A DNA stretch of 64,000 nucleotides. Source: Amoebophrya sp. A120. Lineage: Eukaryota > Protista > Dinoflagellata. A program made the position numbers and the translations under genes. The notes under the pieces were generated by a model. It made no database searches, was not told where the DNA came from, and saw only the letters and a list, made by a program, of their open reading frames with translations. The DNA is taken from assembly GCA_905178155.1 (NCBI GenBank), contig CAJINV010000033.1, positions 22,736 to 86,735 on the forward strand. Reading direction: 5' to 3'. Each line of letters begins with the position of its first letter. Position 1 is the first letter of the stretch. Below, piece by piece: positions 25,901 to 36,719 of this stretch.

Positions 25901-27973
25901 CAAGCTGCCGCACCACCAGTCGCTCGCGAACAAGAAGAGAACGAGGCTGCTGGTGATGAAAGCAGGAACCCTACTAGAAGCGGCCCGGTGCTGTCCGTGC
26001 TCACGCCAGAGGATCTGGAAAAGTGCAAGCAGGAATCTTCGAACCGGCCCGATGGGAAGTGTACGATGACAGGTGAAGATTCCAGAACTACGCCCACTTC
26101 ACCTCAGCTCGCTGAAAATGGTAATAAAGCTCCTTCGGGATCGGGTCGTGCAGCTGTAGTATTAGAAGAGGAACATCACAGCCAGAACCCCTCTCACTCG
26201 ACCTACGAAGGAGCAGAAGAGGACGAGCGGATCAAAGTCATCGTAAAGCTTCTCGAAGAAAAGGCCGACCACTTGGGCCCGGCCGAGTGGGTGAAAACGG
26301 GCCAGCACTTTCAGGGCGCGTATTTCTGCGCGCAGGGGGAGACCCGGATGAAAGTGAGGTTCGAAAAGGTGACGCCAAAAACTGGAGTGGCAAGCATTTA
26401 CACGGAGGACCAAGACGCACCCTTGACAGAGTTGGAGGTACTGGCTATATCTTCAATGATTATATATAGATAATCGTCCTGGTCGTACTTTATTTTCAAT
26501 ACTAGATCGTGACGAGTACAACTCACAGTGTAGTTTGATTCAGCCCGAGCGTTCCTTTTGCAACCTGTTTGGTGTCTTCTTCCTCTTCACACGGTGAAGG
26601 TGAATCTCTATCATCTATTCATGATCTTATCGTGGTCCTACCAGTATTCCTTACGTTTCTCATTTTTATCACAGATCACCGCCCTTCTCTCTTTCGAGAC
26701 GGGTACTGGAATCAAAGGCAGTTTCACCCTGACCGGAACCGTTTTCCTGGACACGGGTATCATTCACCTGGACGGGAAGGAGTGGATCGAGCAGCCTGAG
26801 GGCTACAGCATGGTCGGGATCGTTGGCACGTTATCCTGAGTAAAAGCGTCCCCATCCCATAGTCAAGATGGGAAATCTGCTAGACAAAGCAGCCAGCTTA
26901 GGTTGTTACGCATGACACACTTGGCCTCGTAGTGTGAAAATCGTGTTTAGCTTGTTCAGCAGCATCACAGATCTAGCCTAGTATGCTGATCGGCGCATGA
27001 CAAATTCCAAAACGCGACTAGAAAACGCAGGTCATGGGGCTCCGCATGAGAAACATTTTGAGCATGCAGAATTGCATGACAGCTTCTATGGGGTTGGGAC
27101 GTGTTTACACAGGATACACGTTCTCCAGAAAACACATTGCGGGGAGGGACACCTTCATCAACTACATCGCCGCCACCGTGACCGCGGATTTCTGCGACTA
27201 CGCACGGGCGACCGACGAGTTTATCCCGTTAGAACTGGCGGTATGAAATGCAAAAGCATCGTACTAGTATAAATCGCATGACAAATTTCCTCAGCATGGG
27301 AAATGGAATCTGTGATGCTGATTGACCTTAGGAAAAAGATTTGTAATGCATAACTGCAATTGCTACGAGTACGATGCTTTTGCACTGGATAGGCGGAAAA
27401 AATCACCCCGGATAACGCCGACGAGGAACTCGACGACACCCGTATCACAGTGAAAAACGCCCCCACCCCCGAACTTGGGAGCATTTGTATTGCAAACCTT
27501 TCCAAATGAAACACTCGCCCTCTTGCATCTATCAGCATCACAGATTTCCGATCGTGAATAGCAAACATTTGTATTGCAAAATATCCCAGCAAGAGCGACG
27601 CTCGTCATGCAAGCGATGCGACACACGCCTAGCCTCTGCATCAGAAAGGTTCATCTTCATACTCCTTTCATGCATGACAAAAAATTTTCATTTGGAAACT
27701 TCGCATCACAAATTTTTGCAACTTTGGGGGTGGGGGGCACTTTTCACTGTAATAACCCGGCGGATTGTGCGCGCCATGCACTGGGAGCTGACCCGCCTGC
27801 GGCGTCGCTGGGGCAGCAAGCTTTCAACCATGTTCTCGGATATGCGGGCGGCGAAACAAGAGAAAAGCTCCGCCAAAGTCCTGTTTATGGACAGCGACGG
27901 TGGATCCTCGAAGGGGGGGAGCGCCGACGCGGCGAGTAACCTTTTTTCCCTCGTGAGCGACCTGCTGCGGTGA
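13964..27973 (+). CDS. Giant hypothetical protein (~3400 aa) with an N-terminal hydrophobic segment and ~14 introns
   Basis: Consecutive + strand ORFs join in frame through GT-AG introns (14483-15070, 16905-17195, 17618-17780, 21395-21566, 26438-26674), one unresolved intron (~15540-15725) and 8 introners. It could instead be more than one gene. Confidence 0.6.
18341..18664. mobile_element. Introner element, family B (324 bp)
   Basis: Left end TATTACACTGAAAAATGCCCCCACCCC, eroded right end GCATTTTTCATCGTAGTA; perfect TSD CTGGA; frame restored (KHLD-PQL). Confidence 0.88.
18719..19040. mobile_element. Introner element, family A2 (322 bp)
   Basis: Perfect TSD TGTCC; frame restored (EDLS-TQML); inverted homolog of 4855-5176. 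Confidence 0.93.
22330..22544. mobile_element. Introner element, family D (215 bp)
   Basis: TIR TATCCAGGAAAAAAACTGTGTAAGTGTAA versus TTACACTTACACAGTTTTTC...TTGCATA; TSD TAACG/CAACG; frame restored (YHN-DLKY). Confidence 0.9.
22582..22790. mobile_element. Introner element, family D (209 bp)
   Basis: Same TIR family as 22330-22544; perfect TSD TCCGC; frame restored (FLR-TVFP). Confidence 0.92.
24122..24389. mobile_element. Introner element, family C (268 bp)
   Basis: GTCTGGGTCTGGAAG TIR core; perfect TSD AGCGG; frame restored (IKR-SEL). Confidence 0.93.
26832..27116. mobile_element. Introner element, family E (285 bp)
   Basis: TIR TATCCTGAGTAAAAGCGTCCCCATCCCATAG versus CTATGGGGTTGGGACGTGTTTACACAGGATA; perfect TSD CACGT; frame restored (VGT-FSRK). 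Confidence 0.9.
27242..27391. mobile_element. Introner element, family F (150 bp)
   Basis: TIR TATGAAATGCAAAAGCATCGTACTAGTA versus TACGAGTACGATGCTTTTGCACTGGATA; perfect TSD GGCGG; frame restored (ELA-EKIT). Confidence 0.9.
27443..27754. mobile_element. Introner element, family B (312 bp)
   Basis: Perfect TSD ACCCG; frame restored (DDT-RRIV); inverted homolog of 32643-32948. Confidence 0.93.
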
Positions 27974-29419
27974 TACTTATCTGAGAATTATATCAGCGAC
28001 AAGGCTTGTTCCACATAGTAGCTCTGGAATGGTTGAAAGTTTGGTAAAAGTATCCGTATATGACCGTGTTTTACTTACTTATTTTGGTTTGATGACTTCT
28101 TTGTTTTGTGCTTGTCATATAAATGCGCGTATCAATCAGTTTCAGTACTTGAAATTAGATTTAGAAATGAAAAAGTAGTAGTCCGATATTGGCAGTTGGA
28201 GAAATACACGAAATGCAGCCTCTGTCGACATGGACATGTGCGGTGGGTGCCTAATTTCGCACGTAGTGCATCGATTTTTTGCAGTCGATGAAAACACAAC
28301 CCGACGACAGATGGAAAGAATGGAAATGACTTGCTTGTTGTCGAGCTCGAGTCTCATGGTCAACACGCGATGATCATAAAATATTGACAGGAAGTTCATC
28401 TCCCACTAGTAGTAGGCGAAATCGAAATGTTGATGGTTCAAAAGCTCCGGTACGAAAAAAATTACCCTGGCAGTACCGAAAATCATTTGAAAATTTTTGG
28501 ATCCTATGATCCCGCTCTCTCTCTTGCGAACGAAATATGTTCGGAAACAAGATGTTACCTCATTAAAGCATCACGAAATGCTTGGCCTCGTCGATGCATG
28601 CAAATCATTGCTGTGAGAAGTGCTGCACTCGGTGCTGTTTTTACGGCCCTGAAGGAGCAGACGAAACTCATTTATTATTTCACGTACAGATCCAGTTCCA
28701 GGCTCCTTTCGATAGTGACACATAGCAAGTCGGTGTCGGTCAAATTATAGTAATGTCAAGACAGAAAAGCTACATCCGAATCGCAGCTTTCGGTTCTGCA
28801 TCTGCATTGTCGTGGACACGCATGGATGGATTGCGATTGCTGAAATTGCCGATGATTTGAAATGGTTGTCGGTTTGAGAAAACGTAAATGGATTATGTCG
28901 GTCGTGGTTTTTTTTCTGGATCGCCATAGGAAGATCTCAATTTGTTTCTGCAGTATGAAAATGAAAATGTAAGAGGAATTTTTGAGCTTGCAGCACGAAG
29001 ATTTAGACGCTATGTCAATCCGTTTCTCTCTCGTTTCCATACCCACAGGACCCTACCATCGAGTTTTTATTCATCTTTCCCAGTAGTGTGGAAAAACAAT
29101 CAGTAATTTTTTCTAGCCTCTCTCTGTATAATAGTTTGATTTTGTTTTAAAGAGACTTGTAGTCGCAAGTAGGTTTTCAAGCCTCTATCTTCAGTGGTTG
29201 AGTACATGATCGTTCTATAGTCGGTGTGTTATCTTCTGAACGCCAACACATTTCACTAAACGACGACACAATTAAGTAAAGCTACGACCTGAGTCCACAC
29301 AAATGCAAAAATCTTCTCGTGTATCTACTTCTTACAGGTGCAGTATTTTGTAAAAAAGTAGATTGCGCAAGTGCGATACTTCACTAAAAAAAAATTAGAA
29401 TAACTCATAAAAAAGTAAT

Positions 29420-32400
29420 ATGAATCCCACTGCCTCATCTGAAACCGCCGACAAGAACGCCCGGACCTACCTGCAGACAGCTGGCTCAACGAATTATGGG
29501 GCGGGAAACAAGTCGGCAGGGCCAATATCAGCAGAGGCTACTTCAGCTTCTAGGCTCCTCCCGACGCAAAGCAGTGTGAGTGCCGCCTCAGCGATCCCGG
29601 CCCCGATAGAGCGCGCGGCTTCACACCTGCGGCCGACTTTATCCGTTTCCCACAAAAATACGAACCTGCAACAACAGAACAACCATGGGACGCAGAGCTG
29701 GGCGTGGTCTTGGGCACGGGGGTCGACGACGACGGCGGGGGGCAATCATGCTGGTGCAGGAGCTGCGGCACATCTTGCTCACGAAACAGGCATAGGTCAC
29801 ACGGCGGACGGAGCGGCAACACAGAACGGAGTGGTCGGTGGAGCGCATGGACCACATCATGCTCTTCCGCCGGCGCATGGTGGACAGCAGCACCAAGAGT
29901 TGCACCCGCCGCAAGTACAGGAGCAGCAGCAGCAAAATGGTACAAGTACAGGGCAGTTTCAGAATCAGAAGGGCAAAGGAAAGCAAGGCAGCTTTTCATC
30001 TGGTGGAGCAGCTACTTCTTCCAAGAATTATACGGCATCGGTCCAGCGGGCCGACACGTTCAACAGTGAGAGCCACGATCATCAAACTGGCGGCCACAGC
30101 GACGACGACGCGGTGTGGGTGCAGAACATTTACGAGTTCATGCTGGCGCTGCAGGAAGACGCAGACTTCCGGAAGCAGGTCGACCTCCCCCCGCTTTCCT
30201 CTTTATCCCGACTTTCCTCCCAGCAGCCCCAGGACCCCCCGCAGAAGACCAAACGCGGGCGGCACAAGGTCGAGGCGAGTGCGTTTTTCCGGTATCTGCG
30301 GACGAAGGGAATACTCGATGACGACAACCGCGTGTTCCCGGTGCGGGTGCGCGCGAAGCAGGTTTTGGACTGTCAGAAGCGCGGCGGAAAGTGGTTCGAG
30401 CTGTACGCCGCGGAGGAGCGGCACCAGCTGCAGAGGGCCGCGAGCTCCCTCGGCAGTCGGTCACCGGCATTGTCTTTCCGCAGTAAAAACAGCGCGGAAA
30501 ATTTCGGCAGGGACAGTCAGTTGAGCTACGCCAGCGGCAGTTTATTTGGGAACAAGTATGGGAGTAAGGACGGGCAGTTCACTGGAGACACGAGCAATCT
30601 GGAGGACGGAGAGGCGACATTTGTCTTGCAGGGGTTCCCGAGCGTCTCCACCGCGGGGGGCGGGACAATCTCTATTGCACATCAACAGCCCTCGAGTACA
30701 TCAAAACTGCTACAGGACGATCATGACAACAACTATTTCAGTGCCGCCACGCTGGAACTACGACCTGAACCACAGGCGCAAGCAGTAGACTACCCGAATT
30801 TATTGCAGCAAACGGAGGAAGATGTTGTCGAGGGGGAGCAACACTTACTCCTGAAAGACGACAACAAAACCTTCTTCGCGGAAATGACGGATGACGACCG
30901 GACGCCCCTGACATTAGCGGAGGAGAAGGATTTGCTGTTATCCCAAACCGAGTTCATCTTCATTGTCCGCGGTTCGCCGGAGATCATCGCGCGGGCCTGC
31001 GCGAACGATTTCGTGATGAAAGACTTCGACGACTTCCAGACCGATTGCTTCCAGATCTACCAGGATCTGAAGGACCACTGCAAGGGGGCGAAGGCCTCCT
31101 ACATTCCGCAACTGCAGTCCCAGAACGAAAACTGGTGGGCGGTGGCCGCCTGCACGGTGGACGGACAGCGGCTGGCGATCGGAGATTTTGCGATCGAATT
31201 CTGCCTGCAATCCTGCTCCAAAACCATCACGTATGGGGCGGTGTTGGAGGGGGTGGGTGTGGAGCAAACCCACCGGCACGTCGGGTGCGAACCGAGCGGG
31301 ATGATTTTCAACGCACTCGCGTTAGACCGGAACGGGTTGCCGCACAACCCGCTGATCAACTCCGGGGCGATCATGTGCGCGGGGATCTACTTCGCGGCGG
31401 CCATCGAGCGGAAGATGGAGTCGGCGAAAAAGATGGAGGAGCAACAGCAGCTAGAGATCGAGCGGAGCTTGAAGGGAAGCTTCGACGAAGAGATGAGTCA
31501 AGATTTAGTACTAGAAAATGATCAGAAGCAAGAAGATGACACGACACTAGAAGATGAAGAGGACAACAGTAGATCCGAGACGTCTTTCCCCGCCTTTAAT
31601 ACGCTGCCGCCGAGAAGCAAATCCTGCCCGGAGCATGTGATGCTGGAGGGGAAGGCGAACAGCTGTTCCTCCGTGCTGGAGGAAGGCGTGCATCTTGGAA
31701 AGGAGCATAATGGAGCTGCAATCAACATCAAAAACGGTATCGTGGACGTCGGCCCTTCATTAGGTACGATGACCGGAGGTGCTGGGTTAACGAATACGAC
31801 CGCAGCTCCTGCTCTATCGACCGACGGCTCCTCCGACCACGGTTTGAAATTGGAGAGCAAAGCGTTTACGTTTGCCTCTACGTCCCAGGAGTGGACGGTG
31901 ACCAATCCACCTCCCGGGGCAGCAGGAGCTTCTGTTGAGGAATCATCTTCAATGGGATCTTCGAGTACAGCTCGTCCTCGTGCTGGAACTACAAATGATG
32001 TCAACAAAGCGAGCGTTGAAGGTTTTTACACCAACAAGCCCCTAGTACTTCCCACCCTCCCCTACGGTGGGGGTTTCGGCCTAGATTCGGAGATCACGAC
32101 AGACATGGACCAGCAACCACCCCCGCCACTCAGAAAAAGGCACACGACGCACGCAGATGGCGTTCTTTTGTCAGCAGGAACGTCAACTATGACGTCCAGA
32201 GGAAATAAGAGAACAGAAACGGAAAGAAATAAAGGGCAAAATGGCGCGAGCAGTGCGGAGGAACCACCGCCCACAGGTCGTGACAATATTAACATGAAGA
32301 TTGCGAACAGCAAAACCAACACTGGTTACCAGCAACCGCACCAACCTTCCGGAACAGAAATGCGAAATAGAATACAGATGAATCCCGAGATAAATAACGT

Positions 32401-35400
32401 TGCCAACGGGAGTACTACTACCGGTCCCACCACTGTCGTTCATCCGGGGGAACAAAACAACAATAATAGAGACAATAACAACGAAGACGACGATGATGGT
32501 TTGCTGACGGACATTCCGAAAATCATGATCGAGTTCATCCAAAACTTGTCAAAGGACGAAAACATGAATTGCTCGTCTCTCGCCGAGGCCTCAGGCCTGT
32601 CCATCGAGCAGGTTTGGAAGATTCTGAAGCGCGGGAATGTGGTATCACAGTGAAAAATGCCCCCCACCCCTGAAATTGCAAGAATTTGTGATGCGAAGTT
32701 TCCAAATGAAAGCTTTTTGTCATGCATGAAAGGTGTACGAATCTTTCTGATGCAGATTCTAGTCGTGTTTTGCATCGCTTGCATGACAAGCACCGCTCTT
32801 GCTGGGATCTTTTGCAATGCAAATTTCTGCTATTCACGATCGGAAATCTGTGATGCTGATACACACAAGAGGGCGAGTGTTTCATTTGGAAAGATTTGCA
32901 ATACAAATGCTTTCAGGTTCGGGGGTGGGGGCATTTTTCATTGTAATACGTGGACTACCTGAACACCCCGGGCACGAACGTGTACCACGAAACCCCGGTA
33001 TCAAAAGGAAAAATCCCCCCTCCCCATATCAAAGCGGAAATCTGTGATGCAGATTTGTTGTCACAAATCAGCTTTGTCATGCTACACGGGAAAAGATGCG
33101 GACTGTAGTGCTGGGTGGCGTGGGGGAGCCTTGCATCTTCAGCATGATAGGAGGCAGCTGAGAGTGGGCAACAGCATGACAAATTGCCTGCAAACGAGAC
33201 CACGACTGCGGCTCTTGGCCTTCTAGCATGGCAAGTCGATTTGGTACCTCAAATCCTGCGTCACAGATTTCCATTTCGATATGGGGAGGGGGGATGTTTC
33301 CGTTTGATACCCGGGTGGGGTGCCGGGAAGGGTGTTTGAGCCCTGGAACGAGGCGGAGATGCTGGAGTACGAGGAAAAGGAGCTGGAAATGCAAAGGTTG
33401 CTCGGTCTGGAAACCGACACGCACAATAATTTTGACGACGTTTACGATCATAATTTTTACGGCGACGAAAATAATCCTTCGACGAACAACAAGTCAGTCC
33501 CAGCGTCGACGCATGCGTTGCGGAGGCGGCACTCGAAAGAGAGGATGGGGCGGAGAGCAAACCGGAGGGACTCCTTCACGGCAGCAGGAGGGGGGAACAA
33601 TGAACTGAGTGTGAGCCCCCCGGCGAGGGGTGGAGCGTCGAATCTCCAAATAAATGCGCGGAACAAGAAAAGCCAGAACGCAGCGCGGGCGAGGAACATC
33701 CAGCTTGCAGTGACAAAATCGAAGGAAACGAAAGACGGTTCATCTGCCGCTCTGAAGCAGGAGCAAACGATGAAAAGTAAGAACTCGACAGCCAAATCGA
33801 ACAATTCTAGGTACAACAATAGTAACGAGCGCGCCGCCAGTCCGGAACAAGACTCTTCAGCTACCGGAAAAATGTCAAATGCTGCGCTCGTGCACCACCC
33901 GAACAATTATTCGGAAGCAGACAACTACGAGAGCAACAGTAACCGGCCTTCTACAGCCCTGTCGCAGTCCGGCTCCGAGCAAGTCGTGTTTTCGCCGGAA
34001 TCGCGGACCGCAAGTGCAACGTTCGATACGGAAGTACTAGACGTTGGTAGTTCATCTTCGCAACAACTGTTGTGCCAAAACGCGGTATCAACCGCCGTTC
34101 CAACGCGTAAGCCGAAAATCGCGTCGGCGAGCAGTCCGCAACTGAGTCCAATCCGTGGCAGGTCGCCGGAGAAGAGGGGAGCAGGAGCAGGTGCTGTTGT
34201 TCCGACGGTGAAACTAGCTAACGGCGAAAATGTTGATCATGATCAGAAAATAAACACAAAGGACCACAATCCGAATCTGCTGCTTTTAACCACCACCGCA
34301 GCGGACGACCACATGGGCCACCAGCAGCACAGCGGAGATGTTGTTGTTCAACATGATCACTCTGTTGGCAACAACTTCCATTTGAGCAGTGGGGATAAAG
34401 AAGTATTAAAGCCTACTTCAACGTCTCAGACGAACAAAGGAACAGAAACCTGCAAGAAGCAGCTTCCCGTTGTCCCGCAACATGATCTTCACAACGGGAC
34501 TACCACCAGCACGACAAAGACAGACGACAGCACCTCCAGTGACAACAACAATAATGGTTCCCCAGACCGCAACTACAGCACAAGAACCCAGAACCTGTCT
34601 GCTCGCAACGAGGATCACAGCTCGGCGTCTTCCTCCGTCGGAGTGCTCGATAATCAGATTATTAACAATGACGATGATGTAGCATTAAATCCCCCACAGG
34701 TCCTCGTGGACCAGAACCCCATGAACACGCTCGGCGACTACGTGGACCAGTGCCTCCGCGAGATCCAGCAAATGTGGTCCCGCCTGGGCGGTCGGCGGAA
34801 GGTCGGGTACGACGAGGACGTGTTTTTGTCGGAGGCGAAAACCGCGGACCGGAACTTCGCGCTGGCGTATTACTTGAAGGAGAACCGAGCCTACCCGGAT
34901 TTAGTGAACGGTTCCCACTGCGGACGCGACTCGCTGGTCAATGAGGTGCTGGACTTCTACTTCAAGCTCTGCGCGCTCACCGTCGACTGCGAGACCCTCG
35001 CGATCGCCGCCGCGACGCTGGCGAACGGGGGGGTGTGTCCGACCACCGGGGAACGGGTTTTGAAGACGGAAACCGTGAAGCACATTCTCAGCATGATGTA
35101 CAGCTGCGGCATGTACGACTACTCGGGCGAGTTCGCGTTCCGCATCGGCCTCCCGGCGAAATCCGGCGTGGCGGGGGGTATCATGGTGGTCGTGCCGAAT
35201 TTGCTCGGCTTCGCGACCTTCTCCCCCCCGCTGGATAAGTACGGCAACAGCGAGCGGGGCCGCGAGTTTTTCTCTCGCCTGATCAACGTGCGCAGGTTCC
35301 ACAATTTCGATATCACCGAGTCCGGGGGCGGCTTTGGAGGAGGAGGTGCCGGAACAACGAGTACGGGAGGTGGCGGTGCTAATATTTCTGCCGCAATAGG

Positions 35401-35827
35401 TGGACCTGGACCGGCCGGCGGCGGCGGTGGACCGCAGCAACGAACCTCGCCAACCACCACCGCCACAGATCAGCCGCCGCGAACGAGTTTGATTGGATCC
35501 GACCGGGGGGACACCCTGCCGGCGTGGCTGTTCGACCCGAAAATGCACCTGATCCAGCTAGCGGCGGTGGGTGACCTCGTCAGCTTCAACCGCATGCGGC
35601 TGTCGGGGACCACCGACTTCTACGGCCAGGACTACGACCAGCGCACGCCCCTGCACCTCGCCGCGTCCAACGGGCACTTGTCCGTCGTTCGCTTCTTGCT
35701 CGACAATGGCCACCCTCTGGACATGAAGGACCGGTGGGGCGGCACGCCGCTCGACGACGCGTTGCGGGAAAACCACGAAACCGTGGCAAACTTTCTCATG
35801 CTGCACTACCAGCGGTTGCAGGGATAA
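29420..35827 (+). CDS. GLS: Glutaminase (kidney-type/GLS-like) with C-terminal ankyrin repeats, ~1926 aa; exons ~29420-32642, 32954-32998, 33315-35827
   Basis: KASYIPQL, CTVDGQR, catalytic QSCSK, VGCEPSG, PHNPLINSGAI; later RNFALAYYLKE, SCGMYDYSGEFAFRIGLPAKSGVAGG, SPPLDKYGNS; ankyrin motifs DYDQRTPLHLAAS and DRWGGTPLDDA. Confidence 0.93.
32643..32948. mobile_element. Introner element, family B (306 bp), GLS intron 1
   Basis: TIR TATCACAGTGAAAAATGCCCCCCACCCC / GGGGTGGGGGCATTTTTCATTGTAATA; TSD TGTGG/CGTGG; frame restored. Confidence 0.92.
32999..33309. mobile_element. Introner element, family A1 (311 bp), GLS intron 2
   Basis: Perfect TSD CCCGG; frame restored (ETP-GGVP); interior similar to 584-904. 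Confidence 0.93.
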
Positions 35828-36719
35828 TTTGATCATGATGTTGAGATAAACTAACCAGTAGTACAACGGATTTTTTTCAAGAGTCAGCTTCATGATGGGC
35901 CACGACTACGTACTGGCAAGATTGAACTGGTGACAGGAAGCTGTTCTGGAGCTTTTCTTGTGTGCTGACGGGTTCAGCTTGGACAGTGATATTGACACGA
36001 GACCGAAAAAGACGTGGAACAAAACTTCTGCCCGTCTATGTAAGTATAAAACTTCGGTTCCGGTCGATCAGCATGTGTGCGTCGATACGACTTTTCCTCT
36101 TGTCAGAAAGGACATGATGTGGTGACTTGGGTTGAACATGTTCGTAGTTATCTTTTCGTTCTTCATAGCACGCGCAGCGGAGGACAAGCACAAGAACTAC
36201 AGTAGGCCGCCCCGGCTGCTATTTGGTATCATTGTTCATGGTCGTGATGGAAAAGGAAAACAAACACAAAGTGTGTGCATCGTTAAGCTGCATCACAAAT
36301 CACATTGTGCCAGGTTAGAAATGAAGTAGTCGAAAAGTGAAGAGAGAAAGATGAGTGAGACATGTCGTGAGTGTTTCGTACACATATCGGCTTCACGTTT
36401 ACAAGGCCGAGGCGAGCACGGGGACCTCGTATGATCATGTCAGTGGAATTTAGTTTTTTCGTGCGTCAATCATTCATTGATCCTGATTCGTGAAGCAGAT
36501 GCAGAAGCATTTCGTTTCTGTAGTTGTGCTGACAAGTAGGGGAGAGTAAATGATGAAAATATGATCCACTGAAATTTAGTAAATTCGTTTTCGTTTCTTA
36601 CCTGTAGTTACATCGCAGAGAAGAGGGGAAATGCAAATACTTAGTATGACACAGAAATATCATGAATCCGGTGAGCCAATAAACCATAAGCATAATCATG
36701 TTGAAGTGCGCCCGCCGCA

